The position numbers were made by a program, and so were the translations under genes. A stretch of DNA of 64,000 nt from Macrostomum lignano (taxonomy: Eukaryota): assembly GCA_002269645.1 (NCBI GenBank), contig NIVC01000302.1:130303-194302 (forward strand). Direction: 5' to 3'. Shown here piece after piece: positions 26,414-36,597 of the stretch (position 1 is the stretch's first letter; the number at the start of each line of letters is the position of its first letter). The notes beneath the pieces were generated by a model. The model searched no databases, was not told where the DNA came from, and saw only the letters and a list, made by a program, of their open reading frames with translations.

Positions 26414-26559
26414 GCAAGTTCTTAGCGCTGGGGCTGCGTCGATGATTGGGCGATTACTAATTATCAGACCTTCCCTAATCTTATCGGTTTAGATGTTAGA
26501 AATCTTCCTTAAGCTGCTCCAGTCTAGAAGTTAACCCTTACTATCCATAGAAATCTTCT

Positions 26560-26980
26560 ATCAATTATCCCCATGGAAATTCCCATAAAACTGCCTGTCA
26601 ATTGTCCCAACTGAAATCTCCAATCAATTGTCCCCATGGAAATCTCCCATCAATTGTCCCCATGGAAATCTCCAATCAATTGTCCCCATGGAAATCTCCC
26701 ATCAATTGTCCCCATGGAAATCTCCCATCAATTGTCCCCATGGAAATCTCCCTCATAAATATCCCATAAAAATCTCCCATCAATTATCCCCATGGAAAAT
26801 CTCCCCCATAAATATCCGCATGGAAATTTCCCATCAGTTATCCTCATGGGATTTTCCCATTAATTATCTCCATAGGAATCGCTCATTAATTATCCCAATG
26901 GAAATTTCCCATTTTTTCCCCATGGAAATCGCCCCATCAATTATCCCCATGGAAATATCCCATCAATTATCCCCACAGAA
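26560..26980. repeat. 26-bp minisatellite (ATTGTCCCCATGGAAATCTCCCATCA)n in NVL intron
   Basis: Tandem copies that decay toward the right. Confidence 0.9.
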
Positions 26981-27115
26981 ATCGCGCATCAGCTATAAAA
27001 TAGTCGCAGAAATGGTGCCTCAACCACCCCAAAAGGCCAGAATTAGTCTTCCAACAACTCTTCTTTTAAACACCTAGCTTAAGTTCACCTCCGCCACCTC
27101 ATTGCTCACCCGCAG

Positions 27116-27244
27116 GCCCTGTGTCGCGTAGCAGTGGCCGCCCTGTCCTGCCCGCCCTCGCTGGTCACCGAAGAGCTGCAGGGCTGCTTCGTGCTCGGCT
27201 CGCCAAAGAGCGGAAAAACCACTCTGGTTCGGGCCGTAGCCGCT
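27116..27244 (+). CDS. NVL: NVL exon, D1 Walker A
   Basis: CGCAG acceptor and GTAAGT donor; ALCRVAV...GCFVLGSPKSGKTTLVRAVAA. Confidence 0.8.
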
Positions 27245-27311
27245 GTAAGTCTTTCAAAAAATCGTCTTATGATTGTGTTTTCTATTGTGGCATAGATCTT
27301 CCATCAATTGC

Positions 27312-28340
27312 TAGCTTTATCTGAGCACTATTCCCCATTGATCACCAGTTTTATCTGAGCACTATTATTCCCCATTGATCACCAGTTTTATCTGAGCACT
27401 ATTCCCCATTGATCACCAGTTTTATCTGAGCACTATTCCCCATTGATCACCAGTTTTATCTGAGCACTATTCCTCATTGATCCCCAGCTTTATCTGAGCA
27501 CTATTCCCCATTGATCACCAGCTTTATCTGAGCACTATTCCCCATTGATCACCAGTTTTATCTGAGCACTATTCCCCATTGATCACCAGCTTTATCTGAG
27601 CACTATTCCCCATTGATCCCCAGCTTTATCTGAGCACTATTCCCCATTGATCCTCAGTTTTATCTGAGCACTATTCCCCATTGATCACCAGTTTTATCTG
27701 AGCACTATTCCTCATTGATCCCCAGCTTTATCTGAGCACTATTCCCCATTGATCACCAGCTTTATCTGAGCACTATTCTCCATTGATCCCCAGCTTTATC
27801 TGAGCACTATTCCCCATTGATCACCAGTTTTATCTGAGCACTATTCCCCATTGATCACCAGCTTTATCTGAGCACTATTCCCCATTGATCCCCAGCTTTA
27901 TCTGAGCACTATTCCCCATTGATCACCAGTTTTATCTGAGCACTATTTCCCATTGATCCCCAGCTTTATCTGAGCACTATTCCCCATTGATCACCAGCTT
28001 TATCTGAGCACTGTTCCCCATTGATCACCAGCTTTATCTGAGCACTATTCCCCATTGATCACCAGTTTTATCTGAGCACTATTCTCCATTGATCCCCAGC
28101 TTTATCTGAGCACTATTCCCCATTGATCCCCAGCTTTATCTGAGCACTATTCTCCATTGATCCCCAGTTTTATCTGAGCACTATTTCCCATTGATCCCCA
28201 GCTTTATCTGAGCACTATTCTCCATTGATCCCCAGCTTTATCTGAGCACTATTCCCCATTGATCCCCAGCTTTATCTGAGCACTATTCCCCATTGATCCC
28301 CAGCTTTATCTGAGCACTATTCCCCATTGATCCCCAGCTT
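27312..28340. repeat. 34-bp minisatellite (AGCTTTATCTGAGCACTATTCCCCATTGATCACC)n, about 30 copies, in NVL intron
   Basis: Highly homogeneous tandem copies. Confidence 0.97.
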
Positions 28341-28358
28341 CACTGAAATTTTAACCAG

Positions 28359-28953
28359 CTCTCAGGCATGCCCCTATGCGAGCTGCACCTAGACTGGTTC
28401 GCTGGCAAAACTGCCGAAGCCGCGGCAGCGATGTGGCAAGCTGTGCTGTCCAAAGCCACTGCCGCCCAGCCCTGCCTGCTGTTGCTGCACAGCGTCGACC
28501 GACTGTCCACCGTCTCCGAGGCCAACAAGCCTCTGGCCGCCTGCCGCCGAGCTCTGCTCAACTGTCTGCCCGAGTTCGTCGGCACCCGCGTATTGTTAAT
28601 TGGCGAGTCCAGCTCCGCCCTGACCGACATGGACGACGGTCTGTTGTGCGCCTTCCGCAAAGTTGTCCGCCTCGGCTTGTTGGATCGGCGCCAACGCGCC
28701 GCCTGTCTCAGTCAGCTGTTCGCTTCGGCCGGGGTCCGACTGCTGGACTGCAGCGGCTCCGATTTGTTGGAATCCTGCTCTCTGAGAACTGTTGGATTCA
28801 ATGTTGGCGATTTGAAACAGCTGGTCCGGGAGGCGGTGGAAGATGCGCACGTTTCCCTGCGACTGCCTCACAGCGGTGGCGGCGGCGTTGACGGCGAAGA
28901 TAGCGGCTACCAGCGGATCGCCAAGCTGATGCGAGACTTTGGCGATTCTCTTT
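28359..28953 (+). CDS. NVL: NVL exon, remainder of degenerate D1 AAA domain
   Basis: AACCAG acceptor in frame; QPCLLLLHSVD, RVLLIGES, GFNVGDLKQLVREA; GTGAGT donor at 28954. Confidence 0.8.
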
Positions 28954-28977
28954 GTGAGTCCATTGTGCTAAATTATA

Positions 28978-29650
28978 GGAGAGTAGAGGACGATTCTCCA
29001 ATGAGATTAGAGGGCAATTCTTCAGTGGGAGTAGATGTCGATTCTCCTATGAGATTAGAGGGCGATTCTCCAATGAGAGTAGAACGCGATTCATCAATTA
29101 GAGTAGAGGGCGATTCTTCAAAGAGAGTAGAGCGCGATTCTTCAAAGAGAGTAGAGGGCGATTCTTCAAAGAGAGTAGAGGGCGATTCTTCAAAGAGAGT
29201 AGAGCGCGATTCTTCAAAGAGAGTAGAGGGCGATTCTTCAAAGAGAGTAAAGGGCGATTCTTCAAAGAGAGTAGAGGTCGATTCATCAATGAGAGTAGAG
29301 GGCGATTCTTCAAAGAGAGTAGAGGGCGATTCTTCAAAGAGAATAGAGGGCGATTCTTCAAAGAGAGTAGAGGGCGATTCTTCAAAGAGAGCAGAGGGCG
29401 ATTCATCAATGAGAGTAGAGCGCGATTCTTCAAAGAGAGTAAAGGGCGATTCTCCAATGAAAACAGAGGTCGATTCATCAATGAGAGTAGAGGGCGATTC
29501 TTCAATGAGAGCAGAGGGCGATTCTCCAATGAGAGTAGAGGGCGATTCTTCAATGAGAGCAGAGGGAGATTCTCCAATGAGAGTAGAGGGCGATTCTTCA
29601 ATGAGAGCAGAGGGAGATTCTCCAATGAGAGTAAAGGGCGATTCTTCCAT
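28978..29650. repeat. 24-bp minisatellite (GAGAGTAGAGGGCGATTCTTCAAA-type)n in NVL intron
   Basis: Tandem copies; they produce the RVEGDSSK repeats in the ORF track. Confidence 0.95.
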
Positions 29651-29746
29651 TCGCGTGCTGAATATCGGGATAAAAGCCCCTTAAAAACCGAACCAGTCAC
29701 ACAAAGCCTATCAGAGCCGCCCCCACCCCTCCCTCGCCCTAACCAG

Positions 29747-30234
29747 CCGCTGCAGCCTCACCTGGCACCGAGCCAGCTGCTCTCGAATTAGACTCGGCTC
29801 GCCTCCAGTCTGCCTTCGATCGGGTGCTGCCGTTGGCCAAGCAGAAGCCGCACTTTGTTCGCATCCCGGACGTCAGCTGGGAGGATATTGGCGGCTGTTT
29901 CGAAGCTAAGCGCGAGATCCGCCAGACATTCATGTCGCTGGTGCTGGACCCAGAAGGCGCTGAGGCTATTGGCCAAAAAGCCGACGGTCTGCTACTAGTT
30001 GGCGAGCCCGGCTGTGGCAAAACTTTACTGGCCAAAGCGTTGAGCAACGAGGCCGGATTGAACTTTATGAGCGTGAAAGGGCCGGAGATATTCGATAAAT
30101 ATCTGGGCGAAAGCGAACGGGCGCTGCGCGTGCTGTTCGAGAATGCCAGAGCCTGTCAGCCCTGTCTAGTGTTCTTCGATGAGATCGACGCGGTTTGCGC
30201 CCATCGGGGCAGCGACACAGGGGCTCATTCTACG
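29747..30234 (+). CDS. NVL: NVL exon, D2 AAA domain N-terminal half
   Basis: IPDVSWEDIGG, GEPGCGKT, NEAGLNFMSVKGPE, VFFDEID; GTGAGT donor at 30235. An alternative in-frame acceptor lies 9 nt downstream. Confidence 0.9.
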
Positions 30235-30261
30235 GTGAGTTTTCTTAATTATGATTGGCTG

Positions 30262-30446
30262 GCAAGCAGCAAGGTAGGGAAAGATGGGGGTGGTCCAGGG
30301 CTGCTATTGGCTGGCGCAGTGAGCAAATGGATGGGTAGGAAAGATGGGGGTGGGCCAGGGTTGCTATTGGCTGGCGCAGTGAGCAAATGGATGGGTAGGA
30401 AAGATTGGGGTGGGCCAGGGTTGCTATTGGCTGGCGCAGTGAGCAA
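30262..30446. repeat. 60-bp unit repeated about 3 times in NVL intron
   Basis: Positions 30301-30360 and 30361-30420 are nearly identical. Confidence 0.9.
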
Positions 30447-30563
30447 AAGAAAAGACGATGTCGTCTTTAATTGGTGGAACGCCGAAAGCCACAAGGCTAA
30501 TTTAATTTCATCGTCGGGTTGATACAATAAACCTGCTTCAAGCTATCACCAAACAAACCTCAG

Positions 30564-31046
30564 GTGGTTAACCAGCTGCTGACTCTATTAGACGGGCTGG
30601 AGTGCCGCGGCCAGGTGTTCGTCATGGCGGCCACCAACCGGCCGGACTTGATTGACGCGGCCATCCGCCGGCCGGGCCGCCTGGGTAAGACTATCGTCGT
30701 GCGAAAGCCGCAGTCTTCCGCCGAACGTCTCGAAGTTCTAGCCGCGCTGACTCGAACTAAGCCGCCATTCGGCGACGGTGTCGACCGGATGTCTACGCTG
30801 GCTAGGATTGCCGACGATGGCAGGTGCCGGGGACTGAGCGGCGCCGAGCTCAGCCAGCTGGTTGAGGAGGCCAAGCTCAACGCCAGGCTGGCCGGTGGTA
30901 GGCGCTACGTGACTGACGAGGACTTCAATTTTGCGCTAGCGGCGCTGTCGGTAAAATTGGCCCAGGCGACGGCTAGTCGGCGACGACGACTGCAGCTGAA
31001 CGGCGAAGACGGGAATGCGGCAAATAGCGGCGCCGATGCGGATTGA
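30564..31046 (+). CDS. NVL: NVL last exon, D2 second region of homology and lid
   Basis: CTCAG acceptor; VVNQLLTLLDGLECRGQVFVMAATNRPDLIDAAIRRPGRL, TKPP and IADDGRC are NVL-type motifs. Confidence 0.92.
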   Translation: MVNQLLTLLDGLECRGQVFVMAATNRPDLIDAAIRRPGRLGKTIVVRKPQSSAERLEVLAALTRTKPPFGDGVDRMSTLARIADDGRCRGLSGAELSQLVEEAKLNARLAGGRRYVTDEDFNFALAALSVKLAQATASRRRRLQLNGEDGNAANSGADAD

Positions 31047-31147
31047 AATTGGATGCGATTATCGATCGATAACGGATTGCTCTTATAGCTAGATATTTTT
31101 GCGCGCGAATTCAACTTTGTGCAAAAATTGAGGGAGTTGATTTCACA

Positions 31148-31607
31148 GTTCAGAATTGGTTCCAGACCGAGTTCGGAATTGGTTCCAGAGTGAGTTTGGA
31201 ATTGGTTCCAGACCGATTTCGGAATTTGATTCAGAGTGACTTCGGAATTGGTTCCAGAGTGAGTTCGGAATTGGTTCCAGAGTGAGTTCGGAATTGGTTC
31301 CAGAGTGAGTTCGGAATTGGTTTCAGAGTGAGTTCAGAATTGGTTCCAGAGTGAGTTTGGAATTGGTTCCAGAGTGAGTTCGGAATTGGTTCCAGAGTGA
31401 GTTCGGAATTGGTTCCAGAGTGAGTTCGGAATTGGTTCCAGAGTGAGTTCGGAATTGGTTCCAGAGTGAGTTCGGAATTGGTTCCAGAGTGAGTTCGGAA
31501 TCAGTTCGAGTGAGTTCGGAATTGGTTCGAGTGAGTTCGGAATCAGTTCCAGAGTGAGTTCGGAATCAGTTCGAGTGAGTTCGGAATCAGTTCCAGAGTG
31601 AGTTCCA
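31148..31607. repeat. 23-bp minisatellite (GAGTGAGTTCGGAATTGGTTCCA)n
   Basis: Tandem copies downstream of the NVL stop. Confidence 0.95.
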
Positions 31608-32153
31608 TCCTCAAGCTTGGCCTAACTACTCGTACGTTTTCAAACTGTCGAAGTGTAGTATTTTGATGCTGAAAATAATTTAGGGAACTATTGAATATTT
31701 GTGTAGAATGGCTATTGTTAATAAACCTACTGAGCCATTTTAGCTACAGTGGTATGCCTTTTTGTGTGCTTTAATAAAAACCCAGCATTTATGCAATGCA
31801 ACAGTGTGCTGTACGCTGCAGTTGCTGGCTGGTTAGTTAAATTATTTTATAATAGAGTATTCTTATGTAAACCTGCTACCGTATTGTCTGGTTGAAACTA
31901 ATAGTTTATTTATAATTATGCATTTTCGTCTTCATCCTATTAGTGTGTACTCGTTGGAACCAGTTTTATTGTACAATAAATATATCCTTTGACCTGGTCT
32001 GATTGCGAACTGCGAGATTGCGACTGCTGATAGCACTGCGGGTGTAATCACTGGTTGGTTCCATTTTATCCTATTAGGCATTAGGATGAGATTTTATTCT
32101 ATTAGAGATATATGACAGCTTTGGATTTTGTCTAATTATGTATCTTAACCATT

Positions 32154-32815
32154 GGGGATCTTATCCCATTAGGGATCTTATCCCATTACGGATCTTATCC
32201 CATTAGGGATCTTATCCCATTACGGATCTTATCCCATTAAGGATCTTATCCCATTAGGGATCTTATCCCATTAGGGATCTTATCCCATTAGGGATGTCAT
32301 CCCATTAGGGATCTTATCCCATTAAGGATCTTATCCCATTAGGGATCTCATCCCATTAGAGATCTTATCCCATTAGGGATCTTATCCCATTAGGGATCTT
32401 ATTCCATTAGGGATCTTATCCCATTAGGGATCTTATCCCATTAAGGATCTTATCCCATTAAGGATCTTATCCCATTAGGGATCTCATCCCATTAGGGATC
32501 TTATCCCATTAGGGATCTTATCCCATTAAGGATCTTATCCCATTAAGGATCTTATCCCATTAGGGATCTTATCCCACTAGGGATCTTATCCCATTAGGGA
32601 TCTTATCTGATTAGGGATCTTATCCCATTAGGGATCTTATCCCATTAAGGATCTTATCCCATTAAGGATCTTATCCCATTAGGGAAGGGATCTTATCCCA
32701 TTAGGGATCTTATCTCATTAGGGATCTTATCCCATTAGGGATCTTATCTCATTAGGGCTTATCCCATTAGGGATCTTATCCTATTAGGGATCTTATCTCA
32801 TTAGGGATTTTGTCC
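32154..32815. repeat. 17-bp minisatellite (GGGATCTTATCCCATTA)n
   Basis: Tandem copies, each with an internal inverted repeat GGGAT-CTT-ATCCC. Confidence 0.95.
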
Positions 32816-32948
32816 TGCTGGGTAATTTTAGGGATTTTATCCTATTTGATTTTTTGTTTGGGTTTGTATGTCGCTATGAATATTTTGTATTAGTATATTA
32901 ATAATATAAAAATCGCGCTTATTCCAGCCCAGAAATTCGAACCCGGAC

Positions 32949-33140
32949 ATGTCAGTCACTCAGACCATCGCTAAGCGCATCATGAGCCTGGTTGGCCTGT
33001 GCCGACTGGCCTTCTACTACGGCTACATCCCGCTAGTCATGGTGCTGGGCTACATGCAAGGCTCTGAGCCCGGCCATCCGCCAGTCACTCTGCTCAGCAT
33101 CATCAGCCCCATCAGCGATGCCGCCCCGCCGCCTATGTAG
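32949..33140 (+). CDS. TOMM7: Mitochondrial import receptor subunit TOM7
   Basis: 63 aa; AFYYGYIPLVMVLGYMQGSEPGHPPVTLLSII matches the Tom7 TM/GFIP..LG..G..PG.P motif. An acceptor TTATTCCAG lies about 20 nt upstream. Confidence 0.88.
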   Translation: MSVTQTIAKRIMSLVGLCRLAFYYGYIPLVMVLGYMQGSEPGHPPVTLLSIISPISDAAPPPM

Positions 33141-34089
33141 CTTCTCAACTCTTTAATTAATAATTAATTTGCATTACCTAGAAAATCTGATTCAACTACT
33201 GATAGCAGTAGTGAGTTCGCGCATCCGCTTTATTATTTTTTAATTGTCTAAAAAAAGCTTCGTATTCCATCTTATTGGCAATTTTGTTAGTAAGCTACTG
33301 TATAAATATTACTGGTTTCTTCTATCCTGTTACTGTTGTGTCTTGATTGAACTTGTGGAAGTAGGATCAGTGACAGAGTGAATCAATAAAATAGCGTGAA
33401 GAGAAAAATGGCAGTTATGTCGCGGCCCAGTCCGATGACCCTATCTGAGCTATTCGATTTTAAAAAATTATTTACTTTACCTGTTTTGCATGGCAGCACT
33501 CGATATTTTATGCTACTGTTTACCGACCCTTAATTAGCAATGGCGGAAACTCTGCCCATTCCGCAGACTCCTGAGCACACAGGCGCCAATACTGTACTCA
33601 GGCACGTTGTCTGGAATCCCATTGTCGATTGACTATTAAGTTGCATCATAAATTTGAGTGAGTGCATAGAGAGGGGGGTTAAGGGGGCGAAATAGTAACA
33701 TTAAGAATTTTTATCAAAATGCTGCGCTTATCAAAATAATTGACTATGTAAGAGGGCCCCCTCTCTCTCTGGTATGAATCTCGATCGGATAAGGTCTAGG
33801 TAGACAAATTAACTTAATTTTTAGGGCTGGCTGTGCACGGAAGGGGGTGTCAGACAGAGAGGCGCGGCTAAGGGTAGAAAATATTTTATGGCAGACGCAG
33901 AAGGGCTTGGGGGAGGTGGGTCTAGGGAACGATCGATAATTGATGGCTGTGAATTGTGAAATGTACAGTAAGCGAGACGGCCTGAAAAAGTTCATTAAAT
34001 TTCACGATAGTATACTGTCTACTTTATCTATTGGTCCTCAGTTCTTATCTTACAATCCTGCACGCATAAGTGTGCAGGAATGAAATCTT

Positions 34090-34305
34090 GCACGCGTGGT
34101 CAATCGACAATGGACGTCGGACTGGAAAGTCGGGGGTTCGATTCCCGATCCTACTGGAACAATTTGTGCCCTTGAGCGAGACAATTAACTCTGCATTGCT
34201 TCAGTTCACCCAGCTGTAAAATGGGTGCCAGCATTAGCTGGGGTAATTGAGGGTGTGACGACCCTCCAGTCCTGCCCAGGTGTAATCAGTTAATAATAAT
34301 AATAA
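34090..34305 (+). mobile_element. tRNA-derived CORE-type SINE
   Basis: B box GGTTCGATTCCC at 34135; CORE-like TGTGCCCTTGAGC..TTAACTCTG..CTTCAGTT..CAGCTGTAAAATGGG; (TAA)n tail; homologous to 55900-56050. Confidence 0.75.
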
Positions 34306-34355
34306 TTCTCTAAAAAGGTGCAAAGAAAATTCACGTATAAATTTGTAAACTCCAG

Positions 34356-34823
34356 GGCGTCACTGTTGTGGCTTTCATTGAGTCCGGCTCAGCCGGTGAG
34401 CAGCCGTTGTCAAGCGGCCCAGCTCTGTCCGGACAGCAACTAATCGAGGATCTGTCTGGCCGTCTAGAACGCCTAGGCGCTGAGCGCGAGTCCGGACAGT
34501 TCAGTCTGGACATGGAGGTGTACACGCCTGTACAGCAGCAGCAGCAACAGCAGCAGCCGGCCTCCCAGCAGCAGCCGCAGCCGCGCACTCTTCACGTTGT
34601 GGCCTCATCGGAGGCGCCGGTGTCGTCCTATATTTTGCCGTCGGGATCTTCAATTGAAGCCGCGGCCGGCCCGCTAGTCAGCGCCGACTCCATGTTCGGC
34701 CTGCTGCTTGGCCAGCTGCGCGCCCTGTACCAGGCCAAGCCCGGCCAGGCTGTGCACTGCCGGGGTCCGAAATACCGGCTGGCCGATTTCACTGTCCGGC
34801 TGGCCACGGCCGTGTTCGGACAG
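34356..34823 (+). CDS. MED20: Mediator subunit 20, exon A (begins GVTV, no genomic ATG)
   Basis: CTCCAG acceptor; GVTVV, LERLGAERESGQFSLDMEVY, RGPKYRLADFTVRL; CAG|GCGAGT donor. Confidence 0.85.
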
Positions 34824-34912
34824 GCGAGTGGCTCTATTAGATTGCGTTTAATTATAATGTGTTCTCCCTGATCTTCTGATGCATGCAGCTTGGATAGCCT
34901 CTGGTTCTCCAT

Positions 34913-35472
34913 TTAGAATCATCCCTTAATCTAGAATCACCCCTTAGTCTAGCAGCTGCATCTAGAATCGCCCTCTAATCCAACAGCTGCATCTAGAATC
35001 GCCCTCTAATCCAACAGCTGCATCTAGAATCGCCCTCTAATCCAGCAACAGCTGCATCTAGCTGCCCTCTAATCCAACAGCTGCATCTAGAATCGCCCTC
35101 TAATCCAGCAACAGCTGCATCTAGCTGCCCTCTAATCCAACAGCTGCATCAAGAATCGCCCTCTAATCCAACAGCTGCATCAAGAATCGCCCTCTAATCC
35201 AACAACAGCTGCATCAAGAATCGCCCTCTAATCCAACAACAGCTGCATCAAGAATCGCCCTCTAATCCAACAACAGCTGCATCTAGAATCGCCCTCTAAT
35301 CCAACAGCTGCATCTAGAATCGCCCTCTAATCCAACAGCTGCATCTAGAATCGCCCTCTAATCCAACAGCTGCATCTAGAATCGCCCTCTAATCCAACAG
35401 CTGCATCTAGAATCGCCCTCTAATCCAACAGCTGCATCTAGAATCGCCCTCTAATCTAACAGCTGCATCTAG
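34913..35472. repeat. 31-bp minisatellite (CTAGAATCGCCCTCTAATCCAACAGCTGCAT)n in MED20 intron
   Basis: Tandem copies. Confidence 0.95.
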
Positions 35473-35583
35473 AGTCTCCTCCAGTGCCCCTATCTGGGAT
35501 CGCTCTCAGATCCCTCACAACAAAGTTGCTATCCAACATGATTGCACAACCGGCAACATGCTGTTAACCACCAACCTCTGCAG

Positions 35584-35961
35584 TCGAACAGCGTCAAAGG
35601 CGTATTTGTCGAAGCGGAGTACCGGCCCTGCAACCGGCTGCAATTCGGCTGGCCATTGTTGAAAGAGTTTTTCAGCGGAGTTTTCCCCGACCGCGCCTTC
35701 GCTGTTGAACATCCGAACGAAGCTCTGCAGGCTCACCTGCAGGCCCAGGCCGCTACCGGACCGATCGACTACACCTATCCCGTCACTGTACAGCAATACC
35801 TGCTGCTCGCCTATCAGCTGGGCTCTTCCAGACAGCAGATGAGATCAGCTGTTGCGCCATCCTCCGCAGCCGATGCTGCAGTGCCCGTCTCCATGCAGCA
35901 GCAGCAGTCCTGGGGCCGCGCCCCCCTGCCTGGACCGCCAAGTCAGCTAATTGGACGCTGA
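35584..35961 (+). CDS. MED20: Mediator subunit 20, last exon
   Basis: CTCTGCAG acceptor in phase 0; VKGVFVEAEYRPC...WPLLKEFF...YTYPVTVQQYL. Confidence 0.85.
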   Translation, partial: SNSVKGVFVEAEYRPCNRLQFGWPLLKEFFSGVFPDRAFAVEHPNEALQAHLQAQAATGPIDYTYPVTVQQYLLLAYQLGSSRQQMRSAVAPSSAADAAVPVSMQQQQSWGRAPLPGPPSQLIGR

Positions 35962-36597
35962 ATCAAAGTAGAAAGCATTTCTTTGGACTGAGCAACTAGT
36001 GTGTACAGTTTGGTTAGTACTCTGTCAGCTTAAAATACAACTGACTTTAATCAGCAGGCTTTTTTATTGAAGCGCGCCGCTTGCACAATGCCGAACTATC
36101 GCAGCGTCGTGTTAAGTCTGTCTTGCTAGGGTCTTTATAATAACAGATCTTGCCTTATTTGATAGCAGTGTGAACGAGCCTTAAGCGACATTGTGGCACA
36201 ACAGGCGAGAGGCATTACTGCCTCCCCTGAGCAGGCACACAAGCGCGCGGATACGTACGCAGGCACACACTCACACAGGAGTGTACAGCGGCCCTAACTT
36301 TATTTTATCATTAGGCATGTACACTTCACTGTGCCTTGGGGGTTGGCTCTCAAGGCCGTTAATTGCACGAGCAGAGCCAAGCCGAGATTCTAATTTAACC
36401 ACAAATTAATGTGACGGCACTTGGAATCGAGCCTGGGCCGCTGGCATATCAGAGCGCCGCGCTTGACCACTTGGCTTCGCCCCCCTCTGGCAGAATGTAT
36501 ACCGAGAAGCATGGGTGACTTGATTGGCTGCTGATGCGGTCCGGTGCACTTTGCAAGTGTATTTGTTGTACAAATAGAGTTCTGGTCTCAACTGGAG

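Noticed and set aside
27312-28340. CRISPR-like appearance of the 34-bp, 31-bp and 40-bp arrays
   Set aside because: Units are contiguous without unique spacers, there are no cas genes, and the context is eukaryotic.
28368-29684. 438-aa ORF as a complete protein
   Set aside because: It reads through a GTGAGT donor into a 24-bp minisatellite; the AAA domain resumes after the acceptor at 29746.
28359-31046. PEX1/PEX6 or p97 identity for the AAA gene
   Set aside because: The degenerate D1 suggested it, but the D2 motifs NEAGLNF, TKPP and IADDGRC and the N-terminal exon fit NVL better.
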